Below, one piece after another: positions 63,920 through 64,000 of a stretch of DNA of 64,000 nucleotides. The position numbers and the translations under genes were made by a program. The notes under the pieces were generated by a model that saw nothing but the letters and a program-made list of their open reading frames with translations, had not been told where the DNA came from and searched no databases. This DNA is from Lytechinus pictus (taxonomy: Eukaryota): contig NC_087245.1 of NCBI RefSeq assembly GCF_037042905.1, positions 9,736,001-9,800,000 of the forward strand. Reading direction: 5' to 3'. Position 1 is the first letter of the stretch, and each line of letters begins with the position of its first letter.

Positions 63920-64000
63920 TAGACAGCTGGCAGCCGTCTGTTTCGAGGAGTTTTTTAACTTTTTTTTTTTTTTTAATTTCTCCTCGTACATTTGGTGAGT
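63920..64000. mobile_element. Third TAGAC-ended MITE copy (internally deleted, runs off the window)
   Basis: tagacagctggcagccgtctgtttcgaggagttttt matches the start of the 59504 copy. Confidence 0.8.

Overview
AT-rich, repeat-dense animal genomic DNA. The repeat families look echinoderm (sea urchin), but that is an inference. It contains two spliced protein-coding genes in tandem on the minus strand. (1) A complete PIGA gene (GPI-GlcNAc transferase catalytic subunit): 13 GT-AG exons from 60274 to 42766, 485 aa when the exons are joined by hand, with exon 1 tentative. (2) A TPGS1 gene (tubulin polyglutamylase complex subunit 1): 7 coding exons from 37423 to 15118 (216 codons), a 17.2-kb intron, and a last exon I could not find in the window. 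Nearly all other ORFs in the track are repeat or low-complexity noise. The introns are packed with nested non-autonomous elements: hAT-type (8-bp TSD), MULE-type (9-bp TSD), Harbinger-type (3-bp TSD), TTAA- and TA-flanked MITEs, three Helentron/DINE-1-like families with internal tandem arrays, tRNA-SINEs and an L2 LINE fossil. The most notable observation is a ~190-bp SINE at 28003-28189 (-) whose head matches the 7SL/Alu domain, followed by a B box, a Deu/Nin-like core and a (CA)n tail. It is a candidate independent Alu-like SINE in an invertebrate. Other observations: TACATGTA excision-footprint scars demonstrable from internal empty sites, complete strand bias of the Helentron-like elements, a MULE-like MITE found only next to gene 5' ends, and a TIR family with variable 2-bp TSDs. 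All coordinates and alignments were done by eye; no database was searched.
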